A stretch of DNA of 64,000 nucleotides, from positions 5,084,001 to 5,148,000 of the forward strand of contig NC_043022.1 of assembly GCF_006345805.1 (NCBI RefSeq), given 5' to 3'. Source of the DNA: Octopus sinensis. Its lineage: Eukaryota. The notes beneath the pieces are model-generated. The model saw only the letters and a program-made list of their open reading frames with translations, was not told the origin of the DNA and did not search any database. A program made the translations under genes and the position numbers. Of the stretch, positions 11,712 to 26,500 are shown piece after piece; position 1 is the stretch's first letter; each line of letters begins with the position of its first letter.

Positions 11712-12090
11712 TAGAGAGAGAGTTTTTGAAGTGCTGTATGGATATTGTATATTTAGAATAATAAGTTTGTCAATGTTGGTTGATTATTCTGGGTTCAGTC
11801 CCACTGCGTGGCACCTTCGACAAGAGTCTTCTACTATAGCTCCAGGCCAGCAAAAGCCTTGTGAGTCAACTTGATAAATGGAAACTGAGAGAAGCCCCTC
11901 ATATATACGAGGAGGGTCAACCTTCTGAGTTCTTTGACAAGGCAGCACTACCCACTCCAGGCACTTGTACATGCTTATAGACACACATTCTCACTCATAC
12001 ACAAAGATACAGAAGTGCATACATAGCAACAAGCATATACACATACACACACATACACATGCATGCACACACTTACACTCACACACACAT

Positions 12091-12498
12091 ATAGGCGCAG
12101 GAGTGGCTGTGTGTTAAGTAGCTTGCTTACCAACCACATGGTTCCGGGTTCAGTCCCACTGCGTGGCATCTTGGGCAAGTGTCTTCTGCTATAGCCCCGG
12201 GCCGACCAATGCCTTGTGAGTGGATTTGGTAGACGGAAACTGAAAGAAGCCCGTCGTATATATGTATATATATATATATATATATGCGTGTGTGTGTCTG
12301 TGTTTGTCCCCCTAGCATTGCTTGACAACCGATGCTGGTGTGTTTACGTCCCCGTCACTTAGCGGTTCGGCCAAAGAGACCGATAGAATAAGTACTGGGC
12401 TTACAAAGAATAAGTCCCGGGGTCGATTTGCTCGACTAAAGGTGGTGCTCCAGCATGGCCGCAGTCAAATGACTGAAACAAGTAAAAGAGTAAAAGAG
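12091..12498 (+). mobile_element. Full dimeric SINE A+B (young)
   Basis: Near-identical to the copies at 17571, 29971, 31262 and 33546. Confidence 0.9.
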
Positions 12499-12570
12499 TA
12501 TGCATGCACACACAAAGACATGCATGCACACAGTCACACACACATACACACACATTCACTCACTCACACA

Positions 12571-12655
12571 CAAGGGGTGGGGTTAAAAAGCTCCTGGCTT
12601 TGAGTAAAAGAAAATACAGGAAGGTCAGTTAATTACGATTTTACTCAAGATACCT
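12571..12655 (-). mobile_element. End of the mariner-derived element family seen at 7301-7518
   Basis: Matches the reverse complement of ~7435-7518. Confidence 0.55.
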
Positions 12656-13299
12656 GCACATGTGTTGCAGCAGTCCTCCAGTATCAGGGCAGCACTACCC
12701 ACTCCAGGCACTTGATGCAGGCCTCCGTGTCGAGTCTGAGGGCATTTGGAAAAATGAATGGGGTCATAATGTCGCCATCACTAGTGATCACTGCAAACAC
12801 CCTGTTGTTAACTGGATGTTTGATTTCTATCCCTCTAAGTACATGTCCTCAGATTGCACTGTCCTCAGATTGACACTCAGGCACTCTGAAATGTTCATAT
12901 TAGAGCTTCAAGTATGAATGCTAAGCAGCAGAGCACGTTGTTTCCAAGTTTCTGGCAGAGTGAATTGCGTCATGGTGCTGTTTTTCTCACAGACGGTGCC
13001 CAGCTGACCCTACCATACTGTGTAGTCAACAAAAATCAAAAACAAACAATGTGTAAGTGCAAATTTGAAAATATAAAATGGTGACTATTTACCCATCTCA
13101 CCCTGTATGTGTTTTCATGTGTTTGTGTATGAGTGTGTCTGTCTGTCGGTGATTCATGCATGTGTCTGTTTGTGTGCATGTGTGTATACATGTGTATATG
13201 CGTGTGAGTGTATGTGTATGTTGTGTTAGTGTGCAGCACGTGTGTGTGTGTGGTTGCATGTTGGCATATTCTGTATGTATTATTATTAATACTAATAAT

Positions 13300-13500
13300 A
13301 TTAATCCTTTCTACAGTAGGCACTAAGTCTGAAATTTGAGGGGAGGGGCTTAAGTTGATTACATTGACCCCAGTGCATGACTGGTACTTAATTTATCAAC
13401 CCTGAAAGTATGAAAGGTGGAATTTGAACTCAGAACATAGTGATGGGTGAAATACTGCTAATCATTGTGTTCAATGTGCTAACGATTCTACCAGCTTGTT
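13300..13500 (-). mobile_element. SINE family H
   Basis: GACCCCAGTG...GGTACTTAATTTATC core and ATTTGAACTCAGAAC (reverse B-box). Confidence 0.7.
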
Positions 13501-13617
13501 TCCTCATGTATGTATTATTAATAATAACACAGACCCCGGTCGAACTGTCCAACCCATGCTAGCATGGAAAACGGACGTTAAACGATGATGATGATGATGA
13601 TAATGAACACCTGGAGG

Positions 13618-13870
13618 GTAAAGTTACCTTGTTGAGTCATACCAACTCATAAGGGCTGGTTTCCCGGTTTCCATGGTGTACATATTCCCCACCTGGACGG
13701 GACACTAGTACCTCTCGGGGTTACTCATTTTTGCCATTTGAGTGGACTGGAGTAATATGAAATGAAGTGTCTTGCTCAAGAACACAACACATTCCCTGGT
13801 CCAGGAACCGAAACTACAGTCTTACACCCATGAATCCAACACCCCTAACCACTAAGCCACGCACCTCTGC
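13618..13870 (-). mobile_element. tRNA-derived SINE, E-like head with a different tail, 12-bp TSD
   Basis: TSD AACACCTGGAGG at 13606-13617 and 13871-13882; head TGGCTTAGTGGTTAGGGG; body TTCTTGAGCAAGACACTT. Confidence 0.75.
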
Positions 13871-14319
13871 AACACCTGGAGGTAGGTGCTTGTTTTCTAT
13901 TCACCAAACTGAATGGAGAAATTGATGTCATCAGATGGTATCCAATGGTCAATGGGTGTTCTGGCCCTAAACCATAATTCTATCATGTTGTTGGGTCAGC
14001 AGAAGTGGCCAAATCACTGCTCCTCATCTCCTCCTGGCTTTCAGCTCAACTCCTTTCTCTCCTGCTCCATAACTAACAAGAGGCTCTCTCTGTGGCCTCT
14101 CCTATCCTGTGCACAGCCACCCTTTGCTCCTTTTTTTCTCATTCCAATGGCTGCAAGCATCCTCCATGCCAACTGAGCTGGGAATCCCCGACAGCCAACT
14201 GCAACCAGGTAAAAAAAAAAGCCATGCCTGCCATCTCTTCTCTTTGCAGAGGACGTGGGAAGGGGGGGGGAGGAGGAGGAGGCAAGGAAGAAATGGATGG
14301 AAGAAGAAGAAGAAATGGA

Positions 14320-14641
14320 AGAAGAAGAAGAAGAAGAAGAAGAAGAAAAGACGGAGAAGAAGGAGAAGGATGAGGCAGTGTTAGACACAAAGAGAAATAA
14401 ATGTTCAGCATTGTTCAGTTATTTCCTCCATGTTGAGATGTCATCAACTTCAGGAGGCAAAAATGCTGGATAAATGCAATATTAAAACAGAAATAACAAC
14501 AACAACAACAACAACATTTTCATTGCTACCAGCAGCAACAGCTGCAACAGCAGCACCAGCAGCAGCAAGAAGCGACAAGAGGAGTGTTACCGAGACAATG
14601 GAGATAGATATTAAAAAAAACAGCAAGACAACTATAACCTC

Positions 14642-14677
<36 letters not shown>

Positions 14678-15453
14678 AATAATAATAATAATAATAGTGA
14701 TACTACTACTACTCCATGGAGATGATGATGGTACAACAACGATAATAATAAAAGATGATGATGATGATGACAACAACAATGACAATGATAATGATGATGA
14801 TGATGATGATAGTGATGTTGCTACTGCTGCTGCTTATGAATGATGATGAAGATGATGATGATGATGATGATGATGATGAGGACAGTGATGATGATGATGA
14901 TGGTGATGTGTTGCTGATAGGTGTTCCTGTCAATTTTGTCTGGTTAACATTTGTGTCAAAAAAACCCAAAAAAGACTGAGGATCCTGATGTGGCCAAAGA
15001 AGAAGAAGAAGAAGAAGAAGAGAAGAAGAAGAAGAAGAAGAAGAAGAAGAAGAAAGAGAGGAAGAAGAAGAAGAAGAAGGGGAGGAAGAAGAGGAGGAGG
15101 AGGAAGTAGAAGAGGAGGAGGAGGATGAAGAAGAAGAAGAAGAAGAAGAAGAAGAAAAAGAAGAAGAAGGGGAGGAAGAAGAAGAAGAAGAGGAGGAGGA
15201 AGAAGAAGAGGAGGAGGAGGAGGAAGAAGAAGAGGAAGAAGAAGGAGAAGGAAGAAGAAGAGGAAGAAGAAGGAGAAGGAAGAAGAAGAAGAAGAAGGAG
15301 AAGGAAGAAGAAGAAGGAGAAGGAGAGGAAGAAGAAGAAGAGGAAGAAGAGGAGGAGGAAGAAGAGGAGGAGGAGGAAGAAGAAAAAAGAGGAGGAGAAG
15401 AAGAAGGAGAAGAAGAAGAAGAGGAGGAAGAAGAGGAGGAGGAAGAAGAAGAA

Positions 15454-15484
<31 letters not shown>

Positions 15485-15790
15485 GAGAGGAAGAAGAAGA
15501 AGAGGAAGAAGAAGAAGGAGAGGAAGAAGAAGAAGAAGAGGAAGAAGAAGAAGAAGGAGAAGAAGAAGAAAAAGAAGAAGAAGAAGAAGAGGAAGAAGAA
15601 GAAGCATTGAAGGAACTGAAAATGGAAGAGGCGGAAATATTTCAATTATTTCGAAAATAATGGTAATAACGATAACAAGAACAAGAACAAAACAAAGAAG
15701 ATGATGAAAATAATATGTTGTAATAATAACAACAACAACAATAATAATAATAATGATAATAATAAAATTAATGACAGTAATAATAATGGA
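14320..15790. repeat. Compound trinucleotide island (GAA, AAC, AAT, GAT) with a ~600-bp GAA/GAG polypurine tract
   Basis: Direct reading; 14998-15606 is almost pure A/G. Confidence 0.9.
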
Positions 15791-15902
15791 ACAGCAAGTT
15801 ATATATGTTATATATATATATTATATATACCATTCCCCCTCTCCTCCCTCTTTCTCTCTCTATATATATATTTACATACATACACATATATACATATACT
15901 AC

Positions 15903-15969
<67 letters not shown>

Positions 15970-15992
15970 TACATACATATATATATATATAT

Positions 15993-16035
<43 letters not shown>

Positions 16036-16428
16036 TATATATATATAGGGAGAGAGAGAGAATAAGAGTCAATGAGAGAAGTGTATGGCCATGAGGGAGC
16101 ATTTAATATCAGAGGTTGAGGAAATTACACAAAAGTTTAAGATATAGATGATGATAAAAATGTATGTGTGTAGGCATGTGTATATATATCTGTATGCATG
16201 TGTATATGAGTGCATATGTGTGTATTGCGTATGCATGTATGTATTTATATATGTGTGTACATTTATATATGTGTGTATATATTTATGTGTATGCGTGGAT
16301 ACAAGTATTTAAGTGTGTATATTGGCTGTATATGAATTTAGGTATATATGTGTGTGTATATGTACATATATATGTATTTAAGTGTGTGTGTTTGAAGCAC
16401 AGAAAGAAATAAAGGCACGCATTCATAT

Positions 16429-16493
<65 letters not shown>

Positions 16494-16786
16494 TTTCCAT
16501 ACAGAAAACTAAATCGAATTCTATTCAGTTATATATTTGCTGTCGGTGCCTATAGCCATCCATAAACTGGCAGTTTTGTCTTATTTCTATTAATTGCTGT
16601 GTGTGTGTGTGTGTGTATGTGTGTGTGTGTGTGTGATCTACAGTCTTTGCTGTTGTATATATGGAAATATATAATTATGTGCCTGTATGTACGTATGTGT
16701 ATATGTTTTTATATTTATCTATCTTTCTCCCTCTCCCCCTCTCTCTATGTATATAATAGATATATATTATAATAGATATATATATG

Positions 16787-16850
<64 letters not shown>

Positions 16851-17570
16851 ATCCACATATAATTTAGAATATACATACAAACATATACATATGTATGTTG
16901 ATATAGATATAAACATGTATGTACACACACACACGTATGAATACATACATATAACCATAGGTGCATCCATATAGCAAGGCTGTGAGGTCAATAAATGTTT
17001 AAAAGAATGCAAGTAAAATAGAGTTTTATAAATATTGTATTAGTTTAATGTTTGAGAAGTTGAAATGAGTGTCTTAAAGTTTGTGTGCATGCATGTGTGT
17101 GTGCGTGTGTGTGTGTGAGTGAGTGTATACAAACTCACACAGACACATGTATATTGGTACACATACATGTATACACATGCACACTGAGAAATAGTATATG
17201 AAAATAAATATAGTAGTAAGGAAATAATATATATACATATATATATATATATATATTCTGGGTTATCATAAACTCAGAAATAGCCTCGTTGCTTCTTGTT
17301 CACCAATAAAATATAATTTCTGTTTAAAATATAAAAATATTGAGGATATGGTGAGGTCCCAAGTCAGCAAGGTTAGAATAATATTTATAAGATCTTCCTG
17401 TAGAAATATAAAGGTGACAGCTATGAATTCCAAATGAATGATTGTTGGAATTTTAGAAAGTGCACTCTACATTTAGTAATGTTGATACATTGTGGTGTTT
17501 ATATGAAGGCAGTTTGGTTGAGCTTTTGACAAAGCATCGTTGAGAATTTTTTTAAATAAAGGCAATAATA

Positions 17571-17990
17571 ATAGGCACAGGAGTGGCTGTGTGGTAAGTA
17601 GCTTGCTAACCAACCACATGGTTCCGGGTTCAGTCCCACTGCGTGGCATCTTGGGCAAGTGTCTTCTGCTATAGCCCTGGGCCGACCAATGCCTTGTGAG
17701 TGGATTTGGTAGACGGAAACTGAAAGAAGCCTGTCGTGTATATGTATATATATATAAGTGTGTGTGTATATGTTTGTGTGTCTGTGTTTGTCCCCCTAGC
17801 ATTGCTTGACAACCGATGCTGGTGTGTTTACGTCCCCGTCACTTAGCGGTTCGGCAAAAGAGACCGATAGAATAAGTACTGGGCTTACAAAGAATAAGTC
17901 CCGGGGTCGATTTGCTCAACTAAAGGCGGTGCTCCAGCATGGCCGCAGTCAAATGACTGAAACAAGTAAAAGAGTAAAAGAGTAAAAGAG
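17571..17990 (+). mobile_element. Full dimeric SINE A+B (young)
   Basis: Same structure; (GTAAAAGA)n tail. Confidence 0.9.
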
Positions 17991-19028
17991 AATGTATATG
18001 ATTAAATTGGTGTTGCAAGGTAAATGAAAAAATAGTAATTAACAGATATAAGATTAGATGCTAGCATAGCGTGGAAGGCGGACATTAAACGACAACGATG
18101 ATGATGCAGTATTATACAGAGATACATATCTCTGAAGATTTGACAATACTATTAGATTATGTAATTTACATTATATAACTTATAATGGTTTTTCTTTTTG
18201 TTAATGAAATATCAGTAAGATGAGATACAAATAAGATGATAATTTATTTTCAAATGCATAAATGCTGATAGAACAGCAGAGATTGGATGAGATTGGATGA
18301 TACAAAGCAGAAAAGTTTATCAACAACCAGCCAGTAAGATGATGAGACTAAATATTTCCTCAGCAAACTCCTCTAGTTTTCTTTTTTGTTTTGTTTTCTG
18401 TATGTACTTTGTGACCTCCTTGACCCTAGATTCCTACCGAATGATGCATAGACTTTATAAAACGAGTTCCTCTCATGGTTTTTCCTTGACACTCACAAGG
18501 CTTTTTGGTTGACCCAGGGTTATAAAGAAGACACTTGGCCGAGTGCTGTGCTGTGGCACTGAACTTGAAACCATGTGACTAGCAAGTAAATGTCGGAGAG
18601 TGAGTGTGTTTGTTGGTGTGTACGGCGTGTGTGCTTATGTATACGAGCTGATGTTGGAGGTGTGCCACGTGTATCAGTGTACGTGTGTGATTTTGGTATG
18701 TTCTACCTGTATATTTATTACGTGTGTGTTCCTGCACAGAGTAAATGTAAAGAAGCGTGGCTCTGTTGGCTGCAAGCTTTGCTAGACTCCAAGTCGGTAT
18801 TGCTAGTATCGTTGGAGCAGTATTGGACCAAACTCGTTTCGCTAGTTTATTGAAATATTTGGTTGTCTCCTTCGATCAGTAACTCATATGCATTTTATGA
18901 CATTGTTTTACCTGGCTGCACATAAATATGATGACACACACACATACACACAAACCCTTGCATATTTGTGCATATATCTACACTCCCATTCACTGAAATA
19001 TTTATCCCCCCACCAAAGATTCAGGTAC

Positions 19029-19060
<32 letters not shown>

Positions 19061-19679
19061 GATAGGTAAGATTGTTAGATAGATAGATAGATAGATAAAA
19101 AGATAGATAAATAGATAGATGGAGGGATAGATAAGTAGATAGATAGATAGATAGATGGATGGATGGATGGATGGATGGATGGATGTATGGATGGAGGGAT
19201 AGATAGATAGATAGATAAGTAGATAGATAGATATATAAGTATATAGATAGATATGTAGATAGAGATAGGTAAATATATGTATATATAGGCAAACCCATAT
19301 ACTCACATATTTATACTCAGGCAAACATATACATTTACACATACATACGTAGTGACACACCAATATACACCCATAAACTCGCTGATCTTTATACACTCAC
19401 ACACACACACCCATATTGTTACATACATGGACACATACATATACACCCACACATTCACATATTTATACATTCAGGCACACACATACTCTTACACATATAT
19501 GCATATACAGATACATTCATATACACCCGTAAAACCACATACCTATATACACCCGTACACACTCATATGGTCGCATATATTTATACACGCACAGCCAATA
19601 CCATCACATATTCACACACACACACACACACACACACAGATGTATATACGCTCTGCTACATCGTACTGAAATAAATAGT

Positions 19680-19682
19680 AAC

Positions 19683-19734
<52 letters not shown>

Positions 19735-19777
19735 TAATAATATAATAATAATAATAATGATAATGATAATAATAATA

Positions 19778-19808
<31 letters not shown>

Positions 19809-20054
19809 GGATAATAATATAATAATAATAATAATAAGGATAATAATAATAATAATAATATTAATAATAATAATGATAATAATAATAATAACAATATTAA
19901 TAATAATAATAATAATATTAATAATAATAATAATAATAATAACAATAATAATAATAATAATAAGGATAATAATAATAATAATAATAATAAGGATAATAAT
20001 AATAATAATAATATTAATAATAATAATGATAATAATAATAATAATAATAATAAT

Positions 20055-20085
<31 letters not shown>

Positions 20086-20087
20086 GT
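19680..20087. repeat. (AAT)n array of ~400 bp
   Basis: Direct reading. Confidence 0.95.
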
Positions 20088-20603
20088 GATATGTCAGTAA
20101 TTTACTGTAATCCGTCAATATTAGTGACATTATTGTAAATCAACATGTTATGAATGTGTCTTGGAGTTAACCAAATGATCCATTAACGCAAGCGATGATC
20201 GGACCAATTTGATCTTGATTGATCCAAAAGATCAATGGCAATCAATGGCTTTTATCGTTCTTTCCTTTCGGCTCTTTTTGTTTCTTCCTCAATACTTTCG
20301 TATAGATCTATTTCGGTTATAGCTCTGTTTCCTGATTGATTATATTCGCAAAATCACGAGGAAATAAAAGACAAACGCCAATGAAACTCTTCTCTATTGT
20401 ATTTCGGTTTTGGAACTTCCAGCTTCCAAGTTTGTGCTGGAAAAAAAAACTTTGATGTCTTCACAGGAACTTTGAGCCACAAAACAAAAACTGACATCAT
20501 GATGTTTGGCAAATTTCAATGAAGATATTTCCATCTTGGCTGCAGTGTATAGATTCATCTCTTCACCCTGTGTGCAGCAAATTGCAAATATATTATAAAT
20601 AAA

Positions 20604-20930
20604 TCATCATCGTCGTCATCGTTTAACGTCTGCTTTCCATGCTGGCATGGGTTGGACGATTTGACTGAGGTCTGGTGAACCAGATGGCTGCACCAGGCTC
20701 CAATCTGATATGGCAGAGTTTCTACAGCTGGATGCCCTTCCTAATGCCAACCACTCCGAGAGTGTAGCGGGTACTTTTATGTGCCACTGGCACGAGGGCC
20801 AGTCAGGCGGTACTGGCAACGGCCACACTCAAATGGTGCTATTTATGTGCTACCAACACAGGAGCCAGTCAAGTGGCACTGGCAACAACCTCGCTCGAAT
20901 GTTTTTTCATGTGCCACCAGCACAAGTGCT
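20604..20930 (-). mobile_element. Retroposon family C
   Basis: Same tail and body; two to three tandem units. Confidence 0.8.
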
Positions 20931-22004
20931 AGTAAGACGACATGAATATAAAAAATTATATCATGCTCTCCTGGAGTTTAGTGAAGATGTGTGGCCCAAG
21001 GTTTAGAGTCTTGCACTCACAAGTGCCAGATCATGGGTTCAGATCCAGTGTGGTGTGTTCCTTCATGTTGCTCTGGTGTTGTGTGGGTACTGGCATCTCA
21101 AAGAATAGACCCAACATTTCCTCTTTTGTAAAGGGAGACTAAAAGAGACAGAGGTACGATTTGCACTCCAGCCTTGTAAAACCCTCATCAGCAATGACTA
21201 CCCCCACAAACAGACCCCGGGGTGAGGGGTTGTTGCCTGAGTGGGGCAAAGGTGTCATCTGTCAGGAATGGTTGAGAATCATCAAGAAATGATTGATGCA
21301 GCAAAATACTGTTATTGTGCATTCCTCCATACCACCAAAACCACCACCACCACCACCACTACTACTACTATTACTATTACTACTACTACTACTACTCTCG
21401 AAATTTATAAAAATTCTTATAATGTCAGCTCAATTCCCACTGGTAATAAAGTTCCTAAAATGGATAAAGTAATTCAAGGGATAGCTTTGGTCCAGTGGTA
21501 GAACATCTGTCATGTTTATAGGAAATGCAGGTTCAAATGCAATGAACAGCCTTTGAATCTTTCTATCTAAAGGTGCTTTTTTTTTTTAAAGCTAACAATT
21601 ACATGCTATTTTTTATAGCTCTATCTGCTTTGAGATCCAGTGTTCAAAATATAAAAAGAAGAAAAATGTTCTGAAAATTCTTTCATTATTTTTCTTTAAG
21701 TAATTCCAAATTCAGCACATTATTTAAAATTGATTTTAAATAGAATTTGATTATAAATATTATTTAGAGGAGTGTATAGTGATTCTATTCATGTTAACAG
21801 ACAAATAACTTCCATTTCGGTTCCATGAAGAATTTGGTTCTGGTAAAAGATTATCTCCATCAGGTATTATTGCGACTCCAGACAATTTTTTACTGGTCAA
21901 TTTGGTGCCATATGGATTTGTACAAGAAATGTTGACCTGTCACAATTACCTTTGTTCTTTCTTGTAATGTTGCCTTATTTTTCCTCAACACCCCTCTAGA
22001 TCTC

Positions 22005-22052
22005 CCCACCCCAGGGGGGGGGGGGCAGCACCGCCCACTTTGGGAATCAGTG
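22005..22052 (-). mobile_element. Possible hAT-like MITE terminus
   Basis: Reverse strand reads CACTGATTCCCAAAGTGGGCGG, resembling Charlie-type termini; the second TIR was not found. Confidence 0.3.
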
Positions 22053-24277
22053 GCATAGACCATTACAGTGAACAGAGGTGCAGTTTTAATCAGTATTTTG
22101 TTTGAAAAACTGATTATCTCTATCAGATATTATTGTAACCCCTGGTGCCATCTTCAGGTCAATTTGGTGCCATATGGATTTGTTAAATGGAAAGCTGGCA
22201 GAACCATTAGCATACTTAGTGAAATGCTTAGTGGTATTTTGTCCGTCCTTATGTTCTGAGTTCAAATTCTGTTGAGGTCATCTTTACCTTTCATCACTAG
22301 CATAGCTAAAGTGTGTGCCACCTAAGGTAGCCCTTCTGTTTTCCACTCCTGGATTCCACAAAAAACACATATTGCTTATAGCAACCTCAAAAGTGCCCCC
22401 TCCCACCCCAGCTACGCTAGTGCCATTCATTCTTTCGGAATTGATAAATTAAGTACCAGTTGAGTACTGGGGTTGATGTAATCAATTTACCCCCGTCCCA
22501 GGTAAGAGTATAAAAACTGCATCCCTTTACCAGGTCATGTTGAGCCAGCATGGAAGAGCAGGCTCATCAAACCTGTAAGATCTCAAGATCAAATTCATGG
22601 CCTCCACATCAGAATATGGTTGGATGGAGAGAACATGCTGAGGCCTTTGTTCTGCAGTGGACTGAACATGGGCAACCCAGTCCTAATCCAATCCATTGAT
22701 TTGTTTTAATAAGTGTCAACTTCTTAGAATTTTATCTTCATCCCTGCTGGGTATTCCTGGAAAAATGCATTTAATCTTTGATAGCTCAGCCAGTCAAACA
22801 ATCAATAGGCACCATGAGGTGGTATAGACCATTACATTGGGTCGAAGAGAAGTTTTGATTCGTATTTAGTTTGCAGTATCAATTAAAACGTCTTCATCAT
22901 GTATATATTTTTTAAAAGAAAAGGTTAATCGTGGTTTGCACAGTTCAATCAGAGCTAATTTTGGATTGGGATAGCCAAGTATCCCCTCTGTTGTAAGAAA
23001 TCTATCTCTATCCTTCTTTTATACTTTAATCTCTCAACTGATACAGAGCCACTTCCCTTGGTTCCATTCTCTCTCTCAATTAAGAGATGTTTTGTCTTGC
23101 AAGTTCCTTCGTGGTTCTGTTGGTATCAGTACCATTTAAAAAGCACCCTGTATGCTCTGTAAAGTGGTTGGCATTAGGAAGGGAATCCAGGTATAGAAGC
23201 CAAACCAAAACAGATGACCAAATCCTAGTGCAGCTCTCTGGCTTGCAGCATGCAAAATGTATGTTAAATGCTAATGATATATTCTTTCTTGGAAACAGAT
23301 AATTCTTCTCATCACATCAAAATAGCTCGACTCATTTTAGCTTTAAAACTCTACTAACCTAATACCTGTCCTTTGGATGGAAGAGAAAACTAAGTAGAAA
23401 AAGTCATGTTTTATGCTTTAATTGAATATCTAAATAATTCAAGTCACATTGCGGTACATGGTACTGCTAAGGTTAAAATGAGGTCTTAAATGAAATATTA
23501 ATAGAATTGTTATTTATATTTTATATCAAGAGTGTACTGTATAAGAAAAAATATAAGAGTATTTTATTTATAAAATTATATTATACAGTAACATATACCT
23601 CTAAGGAATTCCTATATATCTATCATTCTCTGCAAAGAATTTATCCTCATTTTTCTGTTATTTTTCTGTCCACTTAAATCTTATAGTCTGGACATAACAG
23701 TTTAAGTGTTATCATGAGAGAAGCATTTATTGGTCTTTAACTAGATGCTGACCTTCAAAAGTATTTGTCCTTGAGCTTTGTTAATTGTGAGACCAAATGA
23801 TAGTTTGATTGGAAATCAGCATTTTTACGCATTTCTTTATTCTCCCAAACTGTTTTTTTATATCTCATTTTCTCTTTTGTGAATTCACTTTATCACTCTA
23901 ACTTTTCCTTCCGAAGCACATATTTTCTCAGAGACATAATGTACACCATTTCTCTCTGTTTCTCTGCTGCACTGCTTTCTTTACTTTTCTTTCTTTACCC
24001 AAGAGATAGAGAAGAGAAGAGAAAGATGGAGGGAGTCAATGAAACAAAGAAAGAGAGAGAGAGAGAGAGAAATAAAAGACTTAAAACTACTTGTGTTCTT
24101 ATGAGTATTGAGAAGTTGTCACTGTTTCCATTTATGCTAATAATCTTTTTATTAGTAATAAAGAGAGGGAAAGTGACATCTATTTGTGTAAGATCAAACA
24201 AAATAACCCAAATAAACACAAAGAAACACATGGAAATGACTTATCACCTGCACTGGCACACATCTCAGCACACGTGC

Positions 24278-24313
<36 letters not shown>

Positions 24314-24359
24314 ACACACATACATGCATATGCTCATACATACATATATACATACTTAT

Positions 24360-24389
24360 GTAATCTATGTATCTATCTATATCTATCTA

Positions 24390-24456
<67 letters not shown>

Positions 24457-24590
24457 ATCTATCTATCTATCTATTTACCTATCTATCTATCTAACTATCT
24501 ATCTATCTATCTATCTATCTATATCTATCTATCTATCTATTTACCTATCTATCTATCTAACTATCTATCTATCTATCTATCTATCTATAT

Positions 24591-24630
<40 letters not shown>
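24360..24630. repeat. (CTAT)n array with an internal duplicated block
   Basis: The TTTACCTATCTATCTATCTAA variant occurs twice, ~66 bp apart. Confidence 0.9.
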
Positions 24631-24747
24631 ATATATATATATATATATATGCATACTTACATATATGCATCAGTATACAGAGAGAGAAAGAGAGAATTTT
24701 ACACATAGATATATGTGTGTGTGTGTGTATATATACACATATGTGTG

Positions 24748-24780
<33 letters not shown>

Positions 24781-25571
24781 TTATGTATATATGTATGTGA
24801 GTGTGTATACATATTGGTTTCATGTGTGTATACATGAAACCCTACACTGTGTTTTTCTCCCAATTTTCTTTCTCTCTCATTGGTACCACACTCTTATTTT
24901 CCTTATTTTCCTTCCCTCTTTTCTTTCTCTGCCTGTTTTTTCCCCTTCTCTCTCTCCCTGTTGCCCTTTCTCTTCTTTCTCTCTCTCTCTCTCTCTGTCT
25001 TCTTCCTTTATCTCTCTTTCTATCTATTTCTCTCTCTCTCTCTCTCTCTCTTTTTCTATCCCTCACTAATACCCCCCCCCCCCCCAAACAAACTCAACAT
25101 AAATTTACTCAGAGCTTGTTATGTCTTTCTCGATCCCAGCTGGACAATTTAAATGTCAAGTTTTTACTACTTTCTGCTGCTTGCTAGGAAGTTCTTCTGT
25201 AAAGAAAACCAAAAAAATAAAGATTGCAAACACATAAAATGGAGATGAAAATCTCATTGAGGAATGGAAACAAGAAATCTGTGGAGAAAGTCTTCAGCTA
25301 TTATGGAACGAAGGCCATTAAACATGACTTAATACATTATATTATTGATTATATTCAGAAAGCCAGTTTAATACGGATGCATGTTTTAGACGACCGATTC
25401 CAGCTCGTGTTTACAATGAAGGTGCATGATCAATAGTCCAGTGGTTAGGGTGGTGCACCCAAGACTGCAGGTGGTGCTTTGTGGGTTTTTGTTTTTCATA
25501 AAGTTCCAAGCGGGGTAAAAAGCCACTGAGTATAAGGGACTATATAATCCGAATCTACACCATCTGAAGTG

Positions 25572-25651
<80 letters not shown>

Positions 25652-26104
25652 GTTTAATGTCCGTTTTCCATGCTAATTTGTACAAAATCTCATTAACTAG
25701 AAAATTACAGCAAGGCTGCATGATAGAGGTGTCACACGTGACATGCCACCATTATATAGCTTGTTTGGCAGTTGCGTTTTTAGTCTTCTGTTTTATGAAT
25801 CCAGTGTGCACATGCGCATTGCGTGTTCGTATTTCTTTTTCTGATTCCTACTCAAAACTATTTACAGATCACAACCATCTCACAAACCTGCAGTCGTTGG
25901 GAGTGCTTTGCTTTCTGATAGTTGTGAAAAAATATCCATATTTCTGAAAATTATGAGGAACGAAATTCATTGGGGCACATATGAGTAGGTATCCTTCAGC
26001 TAACCTAGACCTGTTACTGTATATTGTTATGCATGCATTATGGGAAGTTCACAATAAACATGTATTATTTTAATTTTAGATATATATATAGCATATATAT
26101 ATGA

Positions 26105-26500
26105 TATAGGGTCATCCCATTAATAATGTTTTTTTTATACTTCTTTCATTTTTCAGAATTAAGATAAACAAAGTTCTTTTTTAATCTAAAATATACTCTC
26201 CCTTATTTTCTACAATGCTCTTCCATCTATCTGGTAGACTTGCAAGGGCCCTCTTCCAAAATTCACTTGTCCGTGAAGAAAAATACTCGTCTAGTACTGT
26301 TCTGATCTTGTCTAAAGAATTCATATTTTTCCATCCAAATGATTTTGAAGACTGTGGAATAAATGATATTCAGATGGAGCAATGTCCAGTGAATATGGTG
26401 GGTGGGGCATCATTTCCCATTCAAATTGCTCCTGGCTTGCTGTATGTAGCTGAACATTTTCCTGATGGAAGAGGGCACAGAAAGTGTCAATAGCCAGCTG
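26105..26500 (-). pseudogene. Mariner (DD34D-type) transposase C-terminal relic
   Basis: Minus strand translates LFHQENVQLHTA...WEMMPHPPYSLDIAPSEYHLFHSLQNHLDGK / frameshift / ...LPDRWKSIVENKGEYILD*, matching the mariner HDNA and YSPDLAPSDY motifs. Confidence 0.85.

Noticed and set aside
14430-15660. Acidic or basic low-complexity protein (poly-T/D/E/K ORFs)
   Set aside because: The frame shifts repeatedly within the GAA tract, stops interrupt adjacent blocks, no domain is recognisable, and similar islands occur elsewhere in both orientations.
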